Counted from the whole stretch's first letter, positions 37,670-51,345 are shown. The stretch: DNA of 62,428 bases, filler included, from Diploschistes diacapsis (GCA_023645945.1; 18 parts of 18 records of this genome joined end to end with filler, not necessarily neighbours in it), one strand, 5' to 3'. The notes: a model not told the origin generated them from the letters alone. Numbers and translations: made by a program.

Positions 37670-37965
37670 TGTTACGATCCAAGTAACTAGGGCGTAGCCA
37701 CTTGGCAACGTCACAGTGTTAGAGGGCACTATCTAACCTGTCGTTGTATATAGCTAGTCATGTGACTGATAGATGGCTGCCGACAGATATCTGTTAGAGA
37801 TAGATCTGTCGGTGATAGACCTTTGTTAGTGATAGCGTTGTCGCGACAGCTTTGCTGTCGGCGACTGGCTGTCATTTTGGGTTATATAAGAACATCGTTA
37901 TGATCTTTATAAGGACGGGCGTGTTTAGATCTTATATTATCTTGATAGATAGATTAATGTAATAT
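37670..37965 (+). mobile_element. LTR (U3 variant C) inserted in gag, cut by contig end
   Basis: Starts TGTTACGATCCAAG; body matches the reverse complement of ~38960-39243. Confidence 0.8.
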
Positions 37966-38065
37966 NNNNNNNNNNNNNNNNNNNNNNNNNNNNNNNNNNN
38001 NNNNNNNNNTTAATTAATTAANNNNNNNNNNNNNNNNNNNNNNNNNNNNNNNNNNNNNNNNNNNN

Positions 38066-38498
38066 TATACACGAGTAAAATTAAAATAAGTTTAATCTCT
38101 GTTAAAAAAAGAATATAAATAAGAAAAAAAAATAGAACAATTATAAATCTTAAATTATCTTTAAAAAAAGATTTTTTAAAAATAAAAATAACGAATATAA
38201 ATTAATTTCGAATAATAATTAAGGATGTTTATAAAAATGAACACGCTTTCTTTTACGGAGGTAGAGTCGTGTTTATATATAATTAATTCGCTCGCCGTTT
38301 ATTGTAAGTTTAGCGAGCGGTACTTTCGAGGCTCGCCGTTTACGAGAATAAGCGCGACCATCGAGCGGTGGCGAAAGCTTGCTCGCCGCTTATAAGAATA
38401 AGCGTGAGCAGTGAGCATGTCACGTGACCTCCCGTCCCGTGACTGGTCTATATATAACAAAGCTGGGACGTGCCAAGTCTGGTACTTGGATCGTAACA
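38066..38498 (-). mobile_element. Gypsy LTR (U3 variant B)
   Basis: Ends CTTGGATCGTAACA; reverse complement of 52603-53057. Confidence 0.85.
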
Positions 38499-38775
38499 AT
38501 ACGCCATTATTCTATGCGTATGTTTTTTTTTGTATCTTTACTCGAGTAATAGATTTTATTATTTTTCTTATACGTAAGAATGATCCGTCCGTCGCTATCG
38601 TATAGATATAAACCGTTTTAATCAAAACTTCCCCATAATCTTGCCGTTTTGATCAAAACTCCCCCGTAATCCTGCCTTACATAACTTCTATTCCGATAAG
38701 AGATTGCTTTTAGTTCAAAGAAGTCCATAATATATCCTAAATGCAGAATATCGGAACCTAATCTTTCCAGTGTAG

Positions 38776-39500
38776 TGTTATGATCTCTATCTCTACAATG
38801 TAGACACGAGGTATTGATTAAGGTGATTTGGTTTCTGTTAGAAGAAGAGTGTGGTAGGAAAAGAAGTAGATCGGTTATAAGTTTATATTAATTTTTAGAA
38901 AGATTATTATCCGTCGATAAAGAATAACGAATATAAATTAATCTCGAGTAATCGTTAAAAATGTCTATAAAAATAAATATACCTCGATTTAAAGAAGTTA
39001 TAGCGGTATTCTTATATAATTCAAAGCGACAGCTGGTTGCCGACAGCAGAACTGCTACGATAAAGCTGTTATTAATAAATAGTTGTTTAGATAAATCTGT
39101 CCCTAACAGACGTCTGTTATTGAATGTTTGTTAATCACGTGACCTAACGTCCGTAATTGGCTATATATAAAGAATCATTAGGAAATACCCGACCAGTTAT
39201 GAAATACTAAATGAACTATTATTTAGTTATTTGGATCGTAATATTATCTCCTTCTTTCAGCCTTGTCGGCCCGATAAGCGCCGAAGGATAAACATAAGTA
39301 CTAAATAAAAGAAAATCCCAAGTCGTAAGATAACGATATCTTTTTCAACTTCTCGTAACTATAAACTTGCTGATTAAATCCTTCGAGCAGGTAAAACCGC
39401 TGATTTCTTTTATTTTTATTATTCAGTTTCTTACCGTTATGTTATTATACCATTTATCTCTTCTCGTTATAAAAGATGTGCTCGTCTTAACCGAAAGAAC
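38776..39500 (-). mobile_element. Gypsy 3' LTR (38776-39243), PPT and start of antisense ORF (39336-39500, + strand)
   Basis: TGTTATGATC...GATCGTAATA; adjacent pyrimidine tract is the PPT on the minus strand; ORF relic ...PFISSR(C)KRCARLNRKN. Confidence 0.85.
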
Positions 39501-39887
39501 TAGGCTGGCCGTCACTGACACTGACACTGCCGGTGTCAGTGACACGGATACCGTAGTATTAGTGTTAGTATTTTAGATTTTTTTATTGCGGTGTCCGTGT
39601 TCGTGAATTCACGGAAATATAATGTCCGTATTAGTATCCGTATTTTAAATTTTTTAATTACGGTGTCCGTGTTCGTAAATTCACGAAAATATAATTTCCG
39701 TATTAATGTCCGTGTTTTAAATTTTTTAATTACGGTGTCCGTGTTCGTGGATTTACGGAAACATAATATCCGTATTAGTATCCGTGTTTTAAAAAGTTTA
39801 ATTACGGTGTCCGTGTTAGTGTCCGTGTTTTAAAAATTTTTGCTGCGTTATCCGTGTTAGTGTCCGTGGCACGAAACGGCCAGCCTA
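39501..39887. mobile_element. hAT-type MITE, short 387-bp variant, no matching TSD
   Basis: Both TIRs present; ~57-bp internal tandem units; flanks GAAAGAAC and ATCTACCC differ. Confidence 0.85.
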
Positions 39888-40570
39888 ATCTACCCTACGT
39901 ACAGCCACCTTACCACATTATCGTATTTTATTTTTTATAATTCTAATTACTTTACCTTTCTTAAAAACGACAATCCGACAAAATAACACGTTTTTCGCAA
40001 CGTATACGTAGAATAAACCCACGTAACTAAATCAGAATAAAAGAATGTAAAAGAAAGAAAAGAAATAAACGATCTAAAATTATTTTCCTTAATAAATAAG
40101 ATTTAGATTATATCGAAGTAAAGAAAGAAACTCGTAGTCTAAAATTAAAACATTAATAAACGACTCGTTAAAACAAGAAAATAATTTTAAATCTATATTA
40201 CNNNNNNNNNNNNNNNNNNNNNNNNNNNNNNNNNNNNNNNNNNNNTTAATTAATTAANNNNNNNNNNNNNNNNNNNNNNNNNNNNNNNNNNNNNNNNNNN
40301 NCGTAATAGATATATTAAAATCTAGAAATCTTATTTTAAAAATAATTTTATTATATAGACTTTTATATCTCACGGGACTCGCTAAGTTTTATAATTTATA
40401 TTATATTTAATCGGTTTAGTTAGGATTTTATCGGATTCTGTAAGATTTAGTTGAATTAAACTGAATTAAACCTCGGTAAGTTCACTTAAACTGAACTTTC
40501 CGGGTTTTCTTAGTGAACCTCCCGGAATAAGCTGAGCTCACAGCCATGCCTTCCGTCTGCTTGTTCAATA

Positions 40571-40797
40571 GTACGATTAATTTAATTAAATAAAATTTTC
40601 CGTCGCGATAAAACGATATACGCGATATAATTAATTTAATGCGCGTATTTTGAAATACGCGGCCGATCGGATTACGATAGACATAAAATTTCGTACGAAA
40701 GTAAGAAATATTTAAAATACGATTCAACGTAAAATCGATTATTAGAAAATATTAATTAAAAATTTATAAATCGTACGAAATTAATTCGATCTCGTAC
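40571..40797 (+). mobile_element. Fot1/pogo transposase fragment
   Basis: Matches ~3214-3424. Confidence 0.75.
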
Positions 40798-42140
40798 TGT
40801 AAACATAAAGGTAGGCGACAGACTTGGTGGGGGTGGTCCCCTTAGGGCAGTTCCATTTAAGGAGGCCTGTTAGGTAGCTCTAGACAATTCATGCATCCTA
40901 TATTTTATAAATTCCATATCTAGCTATGCTCTTGACTACGGGATCACATTATATTCTTTTATTATACCATTTACGACTATTTATTTATTATAGCAAGAGA
41001 AGTCTTCCTAGACAGCGCGTCTTGTGTTTATAATGGGGGTTAATCTGAGGACTTGTTTAAGAACCCTTCCATATCTTACGAAAGATAAGGAGAAGGTTAC
41101 GATCTAAAAGTTCAGGCATGATAGAAAGATATTATTTATAAGAATATGGAGAGAGAAATAAAAAGGGTATCTGATTACCTTTAAATGGCCTACCAGCATT
41201 GGAAGAATGAAAAAACAGAATTTAGTTAAAATGCATTTAGAAAATTAAGCTGCGAATAAGTGGGATGTTGAAAAAGAATTAGAAGTTGAAAATTATCGAT
41301 ATTGGAAATGATAGGTATTGTTAATTCGAGTTACTCGGTATCGGATGGAAATTAAGTAAATTAACTAGGATTGCGCGAATACAAACACGAGGAAAAGAAG
41401 ATCGAATAAGAATAAATAAATTAAATAGGATTATACGAATACGAACGTTAGGGAAAAAGTATCGAATACGAGATTGAATATGCGTTTTAAGGAAGAACAG
41501 CAAAAAACAAATAAACAAGAGAATCAATATTATCGGAACGAAAGAACCAGGGAATAAAAAAGAAAAAAAAGAAGGGAAGAGTAATAAAAGAATGAGGCGG
41601 ATATTAAGAATAAGGAAAAAAAGTTCGGTGCATTATCGAAACCCTGGGCTTTATAGTAAAAAGAATAAGAGAAAGTATGGTATTATGATTCTAAAAAGGA
41701 ATCCAAGGAGTATAAAAAGGAGGCTATAGAACAAAATAAGGAGATAAATAAAGAATATTATTATTCTTCTTCTTTATATCGTTTATAAACCAATTCGGAA
41801 GACTATTTACGAATTATCGCGTCTTTCTTTTTCTCGTGGTTAGCTTACAACTTTTTTTACGCATTAGCGTTGCTAGGGACCCCCAGGGGCTACTATTCGA
41901 ACAATATAAAAGCGATATATCGTGATTGTTTGGCAACGTAATGGATGTATTGAAGTCTAGAGGTCTATTTAGGAGGTTATCCTATTTTGCAGACTTTTAT
42001 CCTTATGGGATACGTTAAGCCCTATTAACTATATTATTCCTAAACCGGTCTAATTGGGATTCTAGGAAGTTCAGCTGAACTGAACCTTTTTCTAAAATTT
42101 AGTTAAACTTCCAGCCATGCTTTCTACTTATCTGCTTAAT
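40798..42140. mobile_element. ~1.35-kb LTR-like repeat (family L1)
   Basis: TGTAAAC...CTTAATA (RIP of CTCAACA); homologous to 710-1542 and 23-221; no ORF; no TSD found. Confidence 0.65.
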
Positions 42141-42536
42141 ATTCCTTTATAGGCGGAATCGTCCGGTATAATTATATAATTTAACTAAATATCTTTTGAA
42201 CTAAACCGAGTTCTTTAATAAAGGTGTCGTGTTTTAAGTAGTTTAATGGTTTCGTAAGTTTATTAGTAATTATTTTATCGATAGAAATATAAGATATCTT
42301 GATACGTCCTTACTTAATTAGATCTCGTACGTGATGATAAGTAATATCGATATATTTTAAACGATCGTTGATTCTTACGTGCTTTATTAAGTCTAAAAAA
42401 TTAATATTATCATAGAGTCAATTAATAATATATAAANNNNNNNNNNNNNNNNNNNNNNNNNNNNNNNNNNNNNNNNNNNNTTAATTAATTAANNNNNNNN
42501 NNNNNNNNNNNNNNNNNNNNNNNNNNNNNNNNNNNN

Positions 42537-43515
42537 GAATTTATAAATATCTAAAAGAGATCATTAGCGATAAAAATAAGCTCTTTACTTTAAGATACTA
42601 AAAAATTATAATAAAGACGTTCGGCACGAAGTTAAAGTATTTAAACGTTTATTACCTATAAATAGACGGTTAAATAAAAAGAATAAATTAAACTTTTAAA
42701 TAATACGAGAATTGTTAAAAGAATAAGTATTCTACGTATAAAAGATACGGGATTTTATAAATCATTAAGAAACTAGATCAACCATAAAAGACAATCACGA
42801 TAAACTTCATAATTAAACTATTAATATCTAAGGATCCAATGATAGGTGTTTCATATAACAACATTTAGGTTATAATAAACAAGTTTAATAATAAACCGTA
42901 TTACATACCTTTTAAAAAAGATTATAACGCAAAAGCATTATATCACATATAGACAAATCGAATTGTAAGAATTTATAAATATTTAAACGAAATTATTAAC
43001 GATAGAAATAAACTTTTTATCTCAAGATATTAGAAAATTATGATGAAAGCGTTCGGCACGAAGCTGAAGCATTCAAACGTTTATTATCCATAAATAAACG
43101 GTCAAATAAAAAAAATAAATCAAACTTTTAAACAATATTTACGGCATTACGTCAACCAGAATATAGATAATTAGATTAAATTATTATTAAACGCCGAATA
43201 TTATCTTAACAATAAATATAAAGAAGTTAAAAAAATTCAAAATACGCAATCATTTAACGACGAGATACTAAAAAATACCAAGAGATATGCGGTCTTAAAA
43301 AAGAATTTTTAGTTAAAGAAGGAGGATAAGGTCTATTTATATACGGACAACCTTAAGATACGTAAACCTTTTAAAAAATTAAATCACGTCAAAATCGAAC
43401 TTTTTTTTATCGATAAATAACTCGTCATACCGGACGAAATTAAACGAGTCAATTACCGATTCCGGCTATCAAAAGACGCGAAAGTTTATCCAATATTTCA
43501 TTCCCGATACCTTAA
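42537..43515 (+). mobile_element. Gypsy integrase relic with internal duplication
   Basis: EIISDKNKLFT, AYY(P)*TDG*(T)KR(M)N*T, LRHYVNQN, GPF tail; core segment present twice. Confidence 0.85.
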
Positions 43516-44670
43516 TGTTACGATCCAAGGTACTGTTCGGCAGTACTTGGCACGCAACAGCTAATCGGGCACTTCCCAGTCACTCCTTATATATAATTCA
43601 ATCAAGATAACACGGGTCACGTGATAAATAAAAGATCTTAAAAACCATTCTACCCAATCGTGAATAAAAAGAAAGAACGATAATTCTACTTATCTATTCA
43701 TCTACTTTACTAAAAGAGCTATTAATTATATAAAAACGTCGCCATAACTTCTATAAATTTAAAACGTGTTTACTTTCATAAATATCCTTAATTATTACTC
43801 GGGACCAATCTATATTCGTTACCTCTATCATTTTAAAGCCTTCTTTCTAAAAACAGTCCAAAACCTATAACTACTCTATCTTCTTTTCCTACCACATTCC
43901 TCTTCTAACAGAAACCAAACCCACCTTAATCCTACTCGTGTATACCTTATATAGATAAAGATCATAACACTTGAACATCTTTAAAAATAAATATTACTGG
44001 CAGTATAACCGGGCGATCGCCACCGATGGCTAGATCCGCAACATCTCGCGCACTTAAGGCAGTAACGCTACCAGATAAAACCGATTTCCGTATAAAAGAC
44101 ACAATAGAAATTAAAGGCGACGACCCCGGAAGTAACTATAAACTTAACGAAAACAAATCGTATAAAAAACCCATTATAAAAGCTATAAAACTAATAACGT
44201 TTCACGGAAACCGAAAGAAACTAGAATATTAGATACTTTAATTCTTAATATACTTCTACTAAAACGCGCACATTATAGATAACTAAAAGAAACGAATAAT
44301 CTTCGCCGCAGGATTTATATATAACCGCGTATTAATATGGATGAGACCTCATCTCGACGTATACTTAGAAAGTTAAAAAGATAGCTACGGAATGTTTAAA
44401 AACTTCGCAGGGTTTAAAAAACAGATCCGACTGACCTTCAAAATAACCAACGATAGAGAATATACGATTCGAGTTATCAAGATAGTTAATTAACAAAACT
44501 CGGCTTCGGAATATATAACAAAATTTTAAGAATACGCCCGGCTAATTAAGTAAAATAAGGAAACCTTAATAGAAATATATAAGAACGAACTTAAAAATTT
44601 AATCAAAAATAAATTTATGCGTAATTAAAATTAACTTCGGAATCTATCGATCTTTTAAGCTAAAATAATA
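43516..44670 (+). mobile_element. Gypsy 5' LTR (43516-43969) plus gag, nested in integrase
   Basis: TGTTACGATCC...GATCATAACA, 454 bp; gag start MARSATSRALKAV at 44026. Confidence 0.9.
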
Positions 44671-44770
44671 NNNNNNNNNNNNNNNNNNNNNNNNNNNNNN
44701 NNNNNNNNNNNNNNTTAATTAATTAANNNNNNNNNNNNNNNNNNNNNNNNNNNNNNNNNNNNNNNNNNNN

Positions 44771-46895
44771 ATATGAAACTCACAACGTTTCATAAAGAAA
44801 ACCGAAAGCAAAAAACCTTTCTTAATAATCGTAAAAAACGTAAATTAAATAAATGAATCGAATTAAAAGATCGTTTTATATTTATGTAAAGGGTAGAATG
44901 CGACAATGTGGCGAGATGGCTATACGCAGGGCAGATTCATGCTAGGACTAATTACTAAAGAAGAAGAGAGAGTAAGAAACACAAAATCCCCCTTTAAGTA
45001 CCCGCAAGCCAAGACCCTGAACGCCGCTTGTCCGACTCTTGGCATACTCCTCGCTTAACCTTTTAATTATTTCTCTATTTCTTACTTTAATCCTTTAGAA
45101 CCATCTTCATAATTCTTTTTTTACCTATTAGAATAAATCAGATATTTAACTTGATTTATATCGGTATCATCTTGATTTTTTATATAGATCGAGTTTAATT
45201 AACACGTTAGATCCGCGTCTCCCGCGTAAATCACGTATTAATACTCTGTTTTTATTTTATATATATACATCAAAAATCGTTAATAAGTAATTATAAATAT
45301 AAATTAATGTCAATATCGATATTAAGCATTTATAAATTAAATGTTTATTAAGTTAATAATGTCCTTATTTAAATCTTAATTTTATTATAATATTTTTATT
45401 TGGTTCGTAACGTTTTTATGCCTCATTTATATTTTTTATTTTTTATTATATTATCTTCGATTCCATGTTATAAATCTTTTTTATTTATTTTTATCGTCCG
45501 TTTTTATTTTTCTTTCGTTATTTTATTTATACTTCTCGTTATTATTTGTATCTTAATTGATTCGTTTTTTTATTGTCGTTAAACGCGCGTTTAATCATTT
45601 TAAAAAGGTCTCGACCACGTTACCGACGAAGCTTATTATTAAGAATAATATATGTATTGATAAAATCGCGTAGATTATTAAGGATGAGCTTGTTGTTCGT
45701 TTTATTTCGCGTCCCTTGGGTCGTCCTCGTAAGTAGTATATACTGATCACTTTTTCATCTATTTTTAGCGTTATTTTTGGATCTTTCTTACACCTGTTTT
45801 GAAGCTTTTAATAAATTTTGAGAAGAATCTATTCCTGTATTCTTCTATTTACCACCTGATTTTATATAGTAATCAAGTTCTGACCCAATATTTCCGTTAT
45901 TTCCGTGTCGTTTTTGGGTTGGGTATTTATTTAAAAACCTCGATATTCTTAAACCTATTATTAATATCGATAATGCCGAACTTGTAACAGATAGCTGTGA
46001 CAGTCCTCCGGACGAGCGGAGGAACTCAGCCCTAGCGCCGCGTCAAGGCCGCAGGTTCATATAAGAGGAATTTTTATAAAAGGATTTCCTTTTTTCTTTT
46101 CTAGAAATTAGTTTATAAATATTATAATTATTATTATTATATTATTGTATTTTATCTTTTATAATTCTAATTTTTCTTCCTTTAATGAAATGGTCCGATA
46201 AAATGGCGAAAAGAAAACGAAAGGCCGCGATTATATTTCGAAATATTAGAAAATCGGTAGCAATCGTAGATCTAACGGATACCGTTATCTCATCCCGACG
46301 GGAATCATTAATATATAACGAGACATTAACGGAATCCCCACGGTTAGCAACCGCAGAGGCCTCGCGAAAAAAAGGAATCGTTAAAGGGAAACGCGTCGCC
46401 GTCGAAATTTTTAAATTAGGCGAAAGAAACCAATCAAATTCTGTTATTAAAGAAGAATATCTATCGAACGTAGACCCTTCGCGATCTAACCGAGAACATA
46501 TCTCTTATTTTTAAAAAAAACGCCAGAGATTACTAAAGTAAAAAAGAATTTAAGATCTAATTACGGAAATAACGAATCTAGAAATTTAAATTACGTTTCT
46601 AATAATCGAAATAGAACATAAAACGTAAACTACCCGTAAACGAGCTGTATTTAACGAACATGTTGTTAGCGCCACGAGATACTTTCGATTTTAATTTTTA
46701 TTTAAATATTAAAGGCTGTTTATAACGGAACACCGAAAATAATTTATAATAGTTATTAACGTACGAGAAATAAATATATTATATTTATTTATAATTACGT
46801 TATAAGTTCGTTACGTTACGTAAACGCTTCGGGAAAATCTTTTAAAATTTTAATTCGCTTATGAAGCTAAAATCGATATAAATACGGTCACGTAG
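44771..46895. repeat. Unclassified RIP-mutated repeats with LTR-like starts (TGTAAAG ~44886, TGTAACA ~45983)
   Basis: AT-rich, TpA/CpG-rich relic sequence; ~44886-44930 resembles the reverse complement of ~39890-39940; no domain recognised. Confidence 0.45.
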
Positions 46896-47130
46896 NNNNN
46901 NNNNNNNNNNNNNNNNNNNNNNNNNNNNNNNNNNNNNNNTTAATTAATTAANNNNNNNNNNNNNNNNNNNNNNNNNNNNNNNNNNNNNNNNNNNNCAGAT
47001 TTGATCTGGCTGGAAAGAACATTAGTAAATAGTAAGAGCCGCAGAGCCATGTTTACGGGGGTGTGTCGGAATATAAACATGAACTGCTGCTTGCTAAAAG
47101 GTGCGCATCTTTTGGCGTAGTGGTTTAGTT

Positions 47131-47686
47131 CAACACAATGCTTTCAGGAACCCCAAAGCACTGTTTCTTTATTATATTATATATAAGTACGTGGCTGTAG
47201 CAGCAGAGGGACCTGAACCCCGGTGCGCACACTGCGGGCATTATAGCTATCTTTTTTCTTTATAATGCTAACTCTTAGCATTTATCACGTCTTATATAGC
47301 GCCTCGGATATATTAAATATTCTAAACCGTTTCTAACATCTACTACGTTATAGATTTAAAAACGGAATTATTTAACCGTATTTAAAATTAATCGTATATT
47401 TTATATAACGACGATTCCGTAGGATTACGTACGTTCAACCGTAGCGTAATAAATTCGATTATATAGATAATTAACCTTATACTCGAACCAACGATCTAGG
47501 AAATGAAAGCATAATTTTAACAACGGGGGAAGTGTTTAATAAATAACGTTATCTTATTGAATTAAAAGATTAATTATAATGCTTTTAAGAACCCCGAAGC
47601 ACTGTTTCCCTATTACACTATATGTAGGTGCGTGGCTGTGGCAGCAGGGGGACCTGAACCCCGGTGCGCACACTGCGGGCGTTACA
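47131..47686. mobile_element. Two copies of the 170-bp LTR family (~47131-47245 partial, ~47516-47686)
   Basis: Near-identical to 491-603, ending GGGCGTTACA. Confidence 0.8.
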
Positions 47687-48704
47687 CTTATGGGTATTGT
47701 CTGGTTGATAAACGTGCTGCGCTGGATCGATAAGCTACTAGTAGCACCTATAAGCATTAGGAAGTGTTATTCTGCTTTATGGAGCACCTGTAATTTATAA
47801 GTAAGTTGGATTTTCCGGGAGGACTTACTGCACCATACAAATTTATATGGAGCATTAGATACTTCGGAAACCGGCTCTTATTTATTTACCTTTTTATTAC
47901 TTATTTAAAAAAAAATTTTCTCCCGCCAATATACTTGATAGATACACGATATTTAATCTATTTACGACGCCGCCGCCCGCGACTTTCGACGCCGTTATCG
48001 ACGTTAACGATCCCGACGACGTTCAAATTTTCAATTTACTCCCGAACGAACTCGCCCGTCTAAATAACGTTCTTCTTCCGCCCGCCGCGCTCGACCTCTC
48101 TACGCCCGCCGCGCGCCGCGCCCGACCCCGATCGCGCTTTTTCGCCGCCGCTAATACCTTTATTCCCGGTTAAATGACTTTACAGCTTCCCACCGAATCA
48201 TTTTAAAAAAACGCGTTTATTCGCCGTCGCGAACGTTTTTAAAATATTTACGCCGAAATTCGACGCGCTTTAACCGTATATAAACAATTTTTAATCTTTT
48301 TAATAAAGATTAAAAACGTTACGGTTTATCGATACCGGTAATAATATATCGATTCGCCGTCGACGGTCGTCGAAAACGACGTCGATATTAAAATTTTTTT
48401 ATCGCGAGAACGCGTCGTTTATAAAATTACGATCGCGATTCGTAAAATCGTAACGAACGTAACGATTAAACGAATTATTTCGTTTATTAATCGCCACGTC
48501 GAATCTTTAATATTGATAATAATATTAAAAGACCGAACGTCTTTCGGGCGCTTATTACGTAAGAAATTATTTTAAATTATAAGTTCGAAAACATTTACTC
48601 GTCTTTCGTGGCGCTGACGATATTAAATTCCGCGCGGAACTTAATGTCGTCGGCGATAAATAAAATTTTTTATAAAAGCGATTTTTTACTACGTTAATTT
48701 AAAG

Positions 48705-49120
48705 TAGGCTGGCCGTTTCATGCCACGGTCACTGACACGGACACTACAGCAAAAAATTTCAAAACACGGACACTGACACGGACACTACACTGCAGTGAAA
48801 GCACGGACACGGACACTGCAATTAAAATTTTTAAATATTGATACTGATACGGACACTGCACTTCCGTGAATCCACCGAAACACCGCGGTGAAATTTTTTT
48901 AAAAAAATAAAAGCGTAAGAAATAGGCGTGATTATTCCAGAATTATTAAAATTAAAAAAATATTTTAAAGTGTTTCGGTGAATGCACGGACACGGACACG
49001 GCAGTAAAAATTTTCTCGGCACGGACACTGACACGGACACTGCAATTAAAAATTTTAAAATATTGATACTGACACGGACACTGCACTTCCGTGAATCCAC
49101 CCACACGGACACTGTAGCTA
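48705..49120. mobile_element. hAT-type MITE, left part
   Basis: TAGGCTGGCCGTTTCATGCC TIR plus ACACGG arrays; cut by contig end. Confidence 0.85.
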
Positions 49121-49220
49121 NNNNNNNNNNNNNNNNNNNNNNNNNNNNNNNNNNNNNNNNNNNNTTAATTAATTAANNNNNNNNNNNNNNNNNNNNNNNN
49201 NNNNNNNNNNNNNNNNNNNN

Positions 49221-49604
49221 GATATTATATTATAATAAAAGCACGGACACGGATATTACGATTAAAAAATTTAAAACACGAATACATTTATGGATGTTAT
49301 ATTATAATAAATTTATCGAAATATTATCGTGAATTTATCGAAATACCGCGATAAAAAAATAAAAACGTGAAAAAATAAACGTAATAATTTTAAAATTATT
49401 AAAAAATAAATATTATTTAAAATTATTTCGATAAATATACGAATACGATAATAAATTTATTAATATAAATATTACGATTAAAAATTTTAAAATACGGATA
49501 TTTTTACGGATATTATATTATAATAAAAGCACGGACACGGATATTACGGCTAAAAATTTTAAAACACGGATACTGCCACGGCCGTGTCCGTGACGGCCAG
49601 CCTA
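49221..49604. mobile_element. hAT-type MITE, right part
   Basis: Ends GTGACGGCCAGCCTA. Confidence 0.85.
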
Positions 49605-49614
49605 ATTAAAAGAA

Positions 49615-49683
49615 TAATAGCAAGAGTTGAATGTTTATTTATTACCGCTTATGGTGGACCTAACTACTTTTGGCCTAGTACTG
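49615..49683. mobile_element. Tc1/mariner-type hairpin MITE remnant
   Basis: CCGCTTATGGTGGACCTAACTACTTTTGGCCTAGTACTG|TA. Confidence 0.8.
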
Positions 49684-49685
49684 TA

Positions 49686-50197
49686 AGTTAATACTCGGTC
49701 ACGTATAAAGCTTACGGCGAAAACAATCTTTTCCTTTTATTCATCGCGAATCTGGAAATTTTAAAAGAAATATAATTCGAGTTATAATAATAAATACTTT
49801 AGCTTCTTACGTTCTTTATAATATTTATCCGGTTTAAGCCTTTAATAATTAAATCTTTTAAAAAAAATTCGTTAACTTTAACGTTATTTCCGGGGTCGTC
49901 TTTTCTGGCTTCCGCGGTATCCGTTATGCTCGTACCGGACTCTAAGGTTACTTAAAATAATACGGATTTAGTTATAAATGACGATCGCTCGGTTATATTA
50001 TTTAAGATATTTATTTTCGAGGGTGTTTAAATGTTATGATTTTTATTGTTATAAGATAAATACGAGATATTGATTAAGGTGGTTTAATTTCGGATAGAAG
50101 AGGAATGTAATAAAAGAAAAAAGTAGATCGGTTATAGATTTATATTGATTTTAAGAAAGATGCTTTATGTTAATAGAGAATAACGAATATAAATTGA
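49686..50197 (-). mobile_element. Gypsy gag start and 3' half of the 5' LTR, reverse orientation
   Basis: Reverse complement of the LTR/gag junction seen at ~43800-44330; LTR end TGTTATGAT at ~50032. Confidence 0.75.
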
Positions 50198-51345
50198 TTA
50201 GAACGCCCCTACAGGAATACTACACAACCAGGGGCTGAGCCTAATCTGGAAGGATCACGTGTAGCTGCAATCTGTAGACTGAATGGTTCAGATTCGAAAA
50301 GGTAAGGAAGGAACTATCTAAATGGGAGTAAAGCACAAATAAATAGTCTGAATGCCAGCCCTACTACCCTACGAGGTTCAACCCTTGAACCCACAAACGT
50401 TTAGAATGTTCCACTATCCCCTTTTCCAAACTGTTGCTGTCCCTTAACAACAAAACAAAACAAAACCCTTATTCCCTCTTTCCTAATTCAGATATCTACT
50501 CCTAATCCTCCTATACCCTAATACTCTTTTCGGCCTAATCCAGTTCCTTTTCTTTCTATTCTCTTCAACCCGTACTACACGTAGATACGTGCCCGACCTT
50601 ACTCCTCTCAAGTTTCGGCGTCGAAAATGGATACTATTAGACCAATAGTACTAAAAACAGGCGACTCCCAGGGCGAAAAGCAGTAGTAACAGCAGTAGAC
50701 GTAACAACAGAAACCGCTTTCGAAAGCTGACGAAATAAAGATTTATTTATTAATAAAATAAAGGTTCGACTGATTTAAAAACTTATATAAGACCTCAAGT
50801 TCTTTCATCGTAATTAATTAAATCGTAACTTCTGATTCGTCGATCTGCTTATCGTAAATTCTTCGTAAGAACTTCTCGTCGCTTCAGGTAGATATGTCGT
50901 ACGTAAATCTACTACTACCAGGTTATTCGCTTAGGTAATATCTCATCGCGACAGATAAGACTAGATCTAACACTTCAGCTATAGTCATAACTGAATACTG
51001 ATTAGATCGAGGGTTCTGATTGATCGATCTATTGCTTGTCGTAGGAGGTTTTTCGTCGCTCCTAGGTGTCGTAGACCTTCATCTTCAAAAACGCGCCAGT
51101 TCGCGTAGGCAGCATCAGATAAGATTAGGTCTAGATTCTTTTCGTAGGTAGGTAGATAGGTAGGTGATATAGGCTGAATACTTCAGGTCCTGAGCTGAGC
51201 AGGCAGCCCTGAAGGACCTTTTCGAATGTAGAACGCCCCTACAGGAATACTACACAACCAGGGGCTGAGCCTAATCTGGAAGGATCACGTGTAGCTGCAC
51301 ATCTGTAGGCTGAATGGTTCAGATTCGAAAAGGTAAGGAAGGAAC
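50198..51345 (-). mobile_element. Second LTR retrotransposon family: LTR 50198-50579, ~650-bp gag-like relic, LTR from 51227
   Basis: Near-identical direct repeats TGTAGAACGCCCCTACAGG... ending CTACA; PBS-position TTCGAAAAGGT on the minus strand next to 51227. Confidence 0.75.

Noticed and set aside
39501..39887. Regularly spaced repeats resembling a CRISPR array
   Set aside because: Fungal DNA, degenerate tandem units without unique spacers, bounded by TIRs, no cas genes.
46185..46514. 109-aa ORF in AT-rich DNA (also 53154-53450, 59021-59377)
   Set aside because: Residual open stretches in RIP-mutated repeats; 59021 is part of Gypsy pol and the others have no recognisable domain.
47108..47130. 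tRNA A-box-like TGGCGTAGTGGTT
   Set aside because: No cloverleaf and no downstream B box on the same strand.
50198..51345. Complete TRIM with two LTRs
   Set aside because: No PPT next to the 50198-50579 LTR on the inferred strand and no checkable TSD; nesting or deletion is equally likely.
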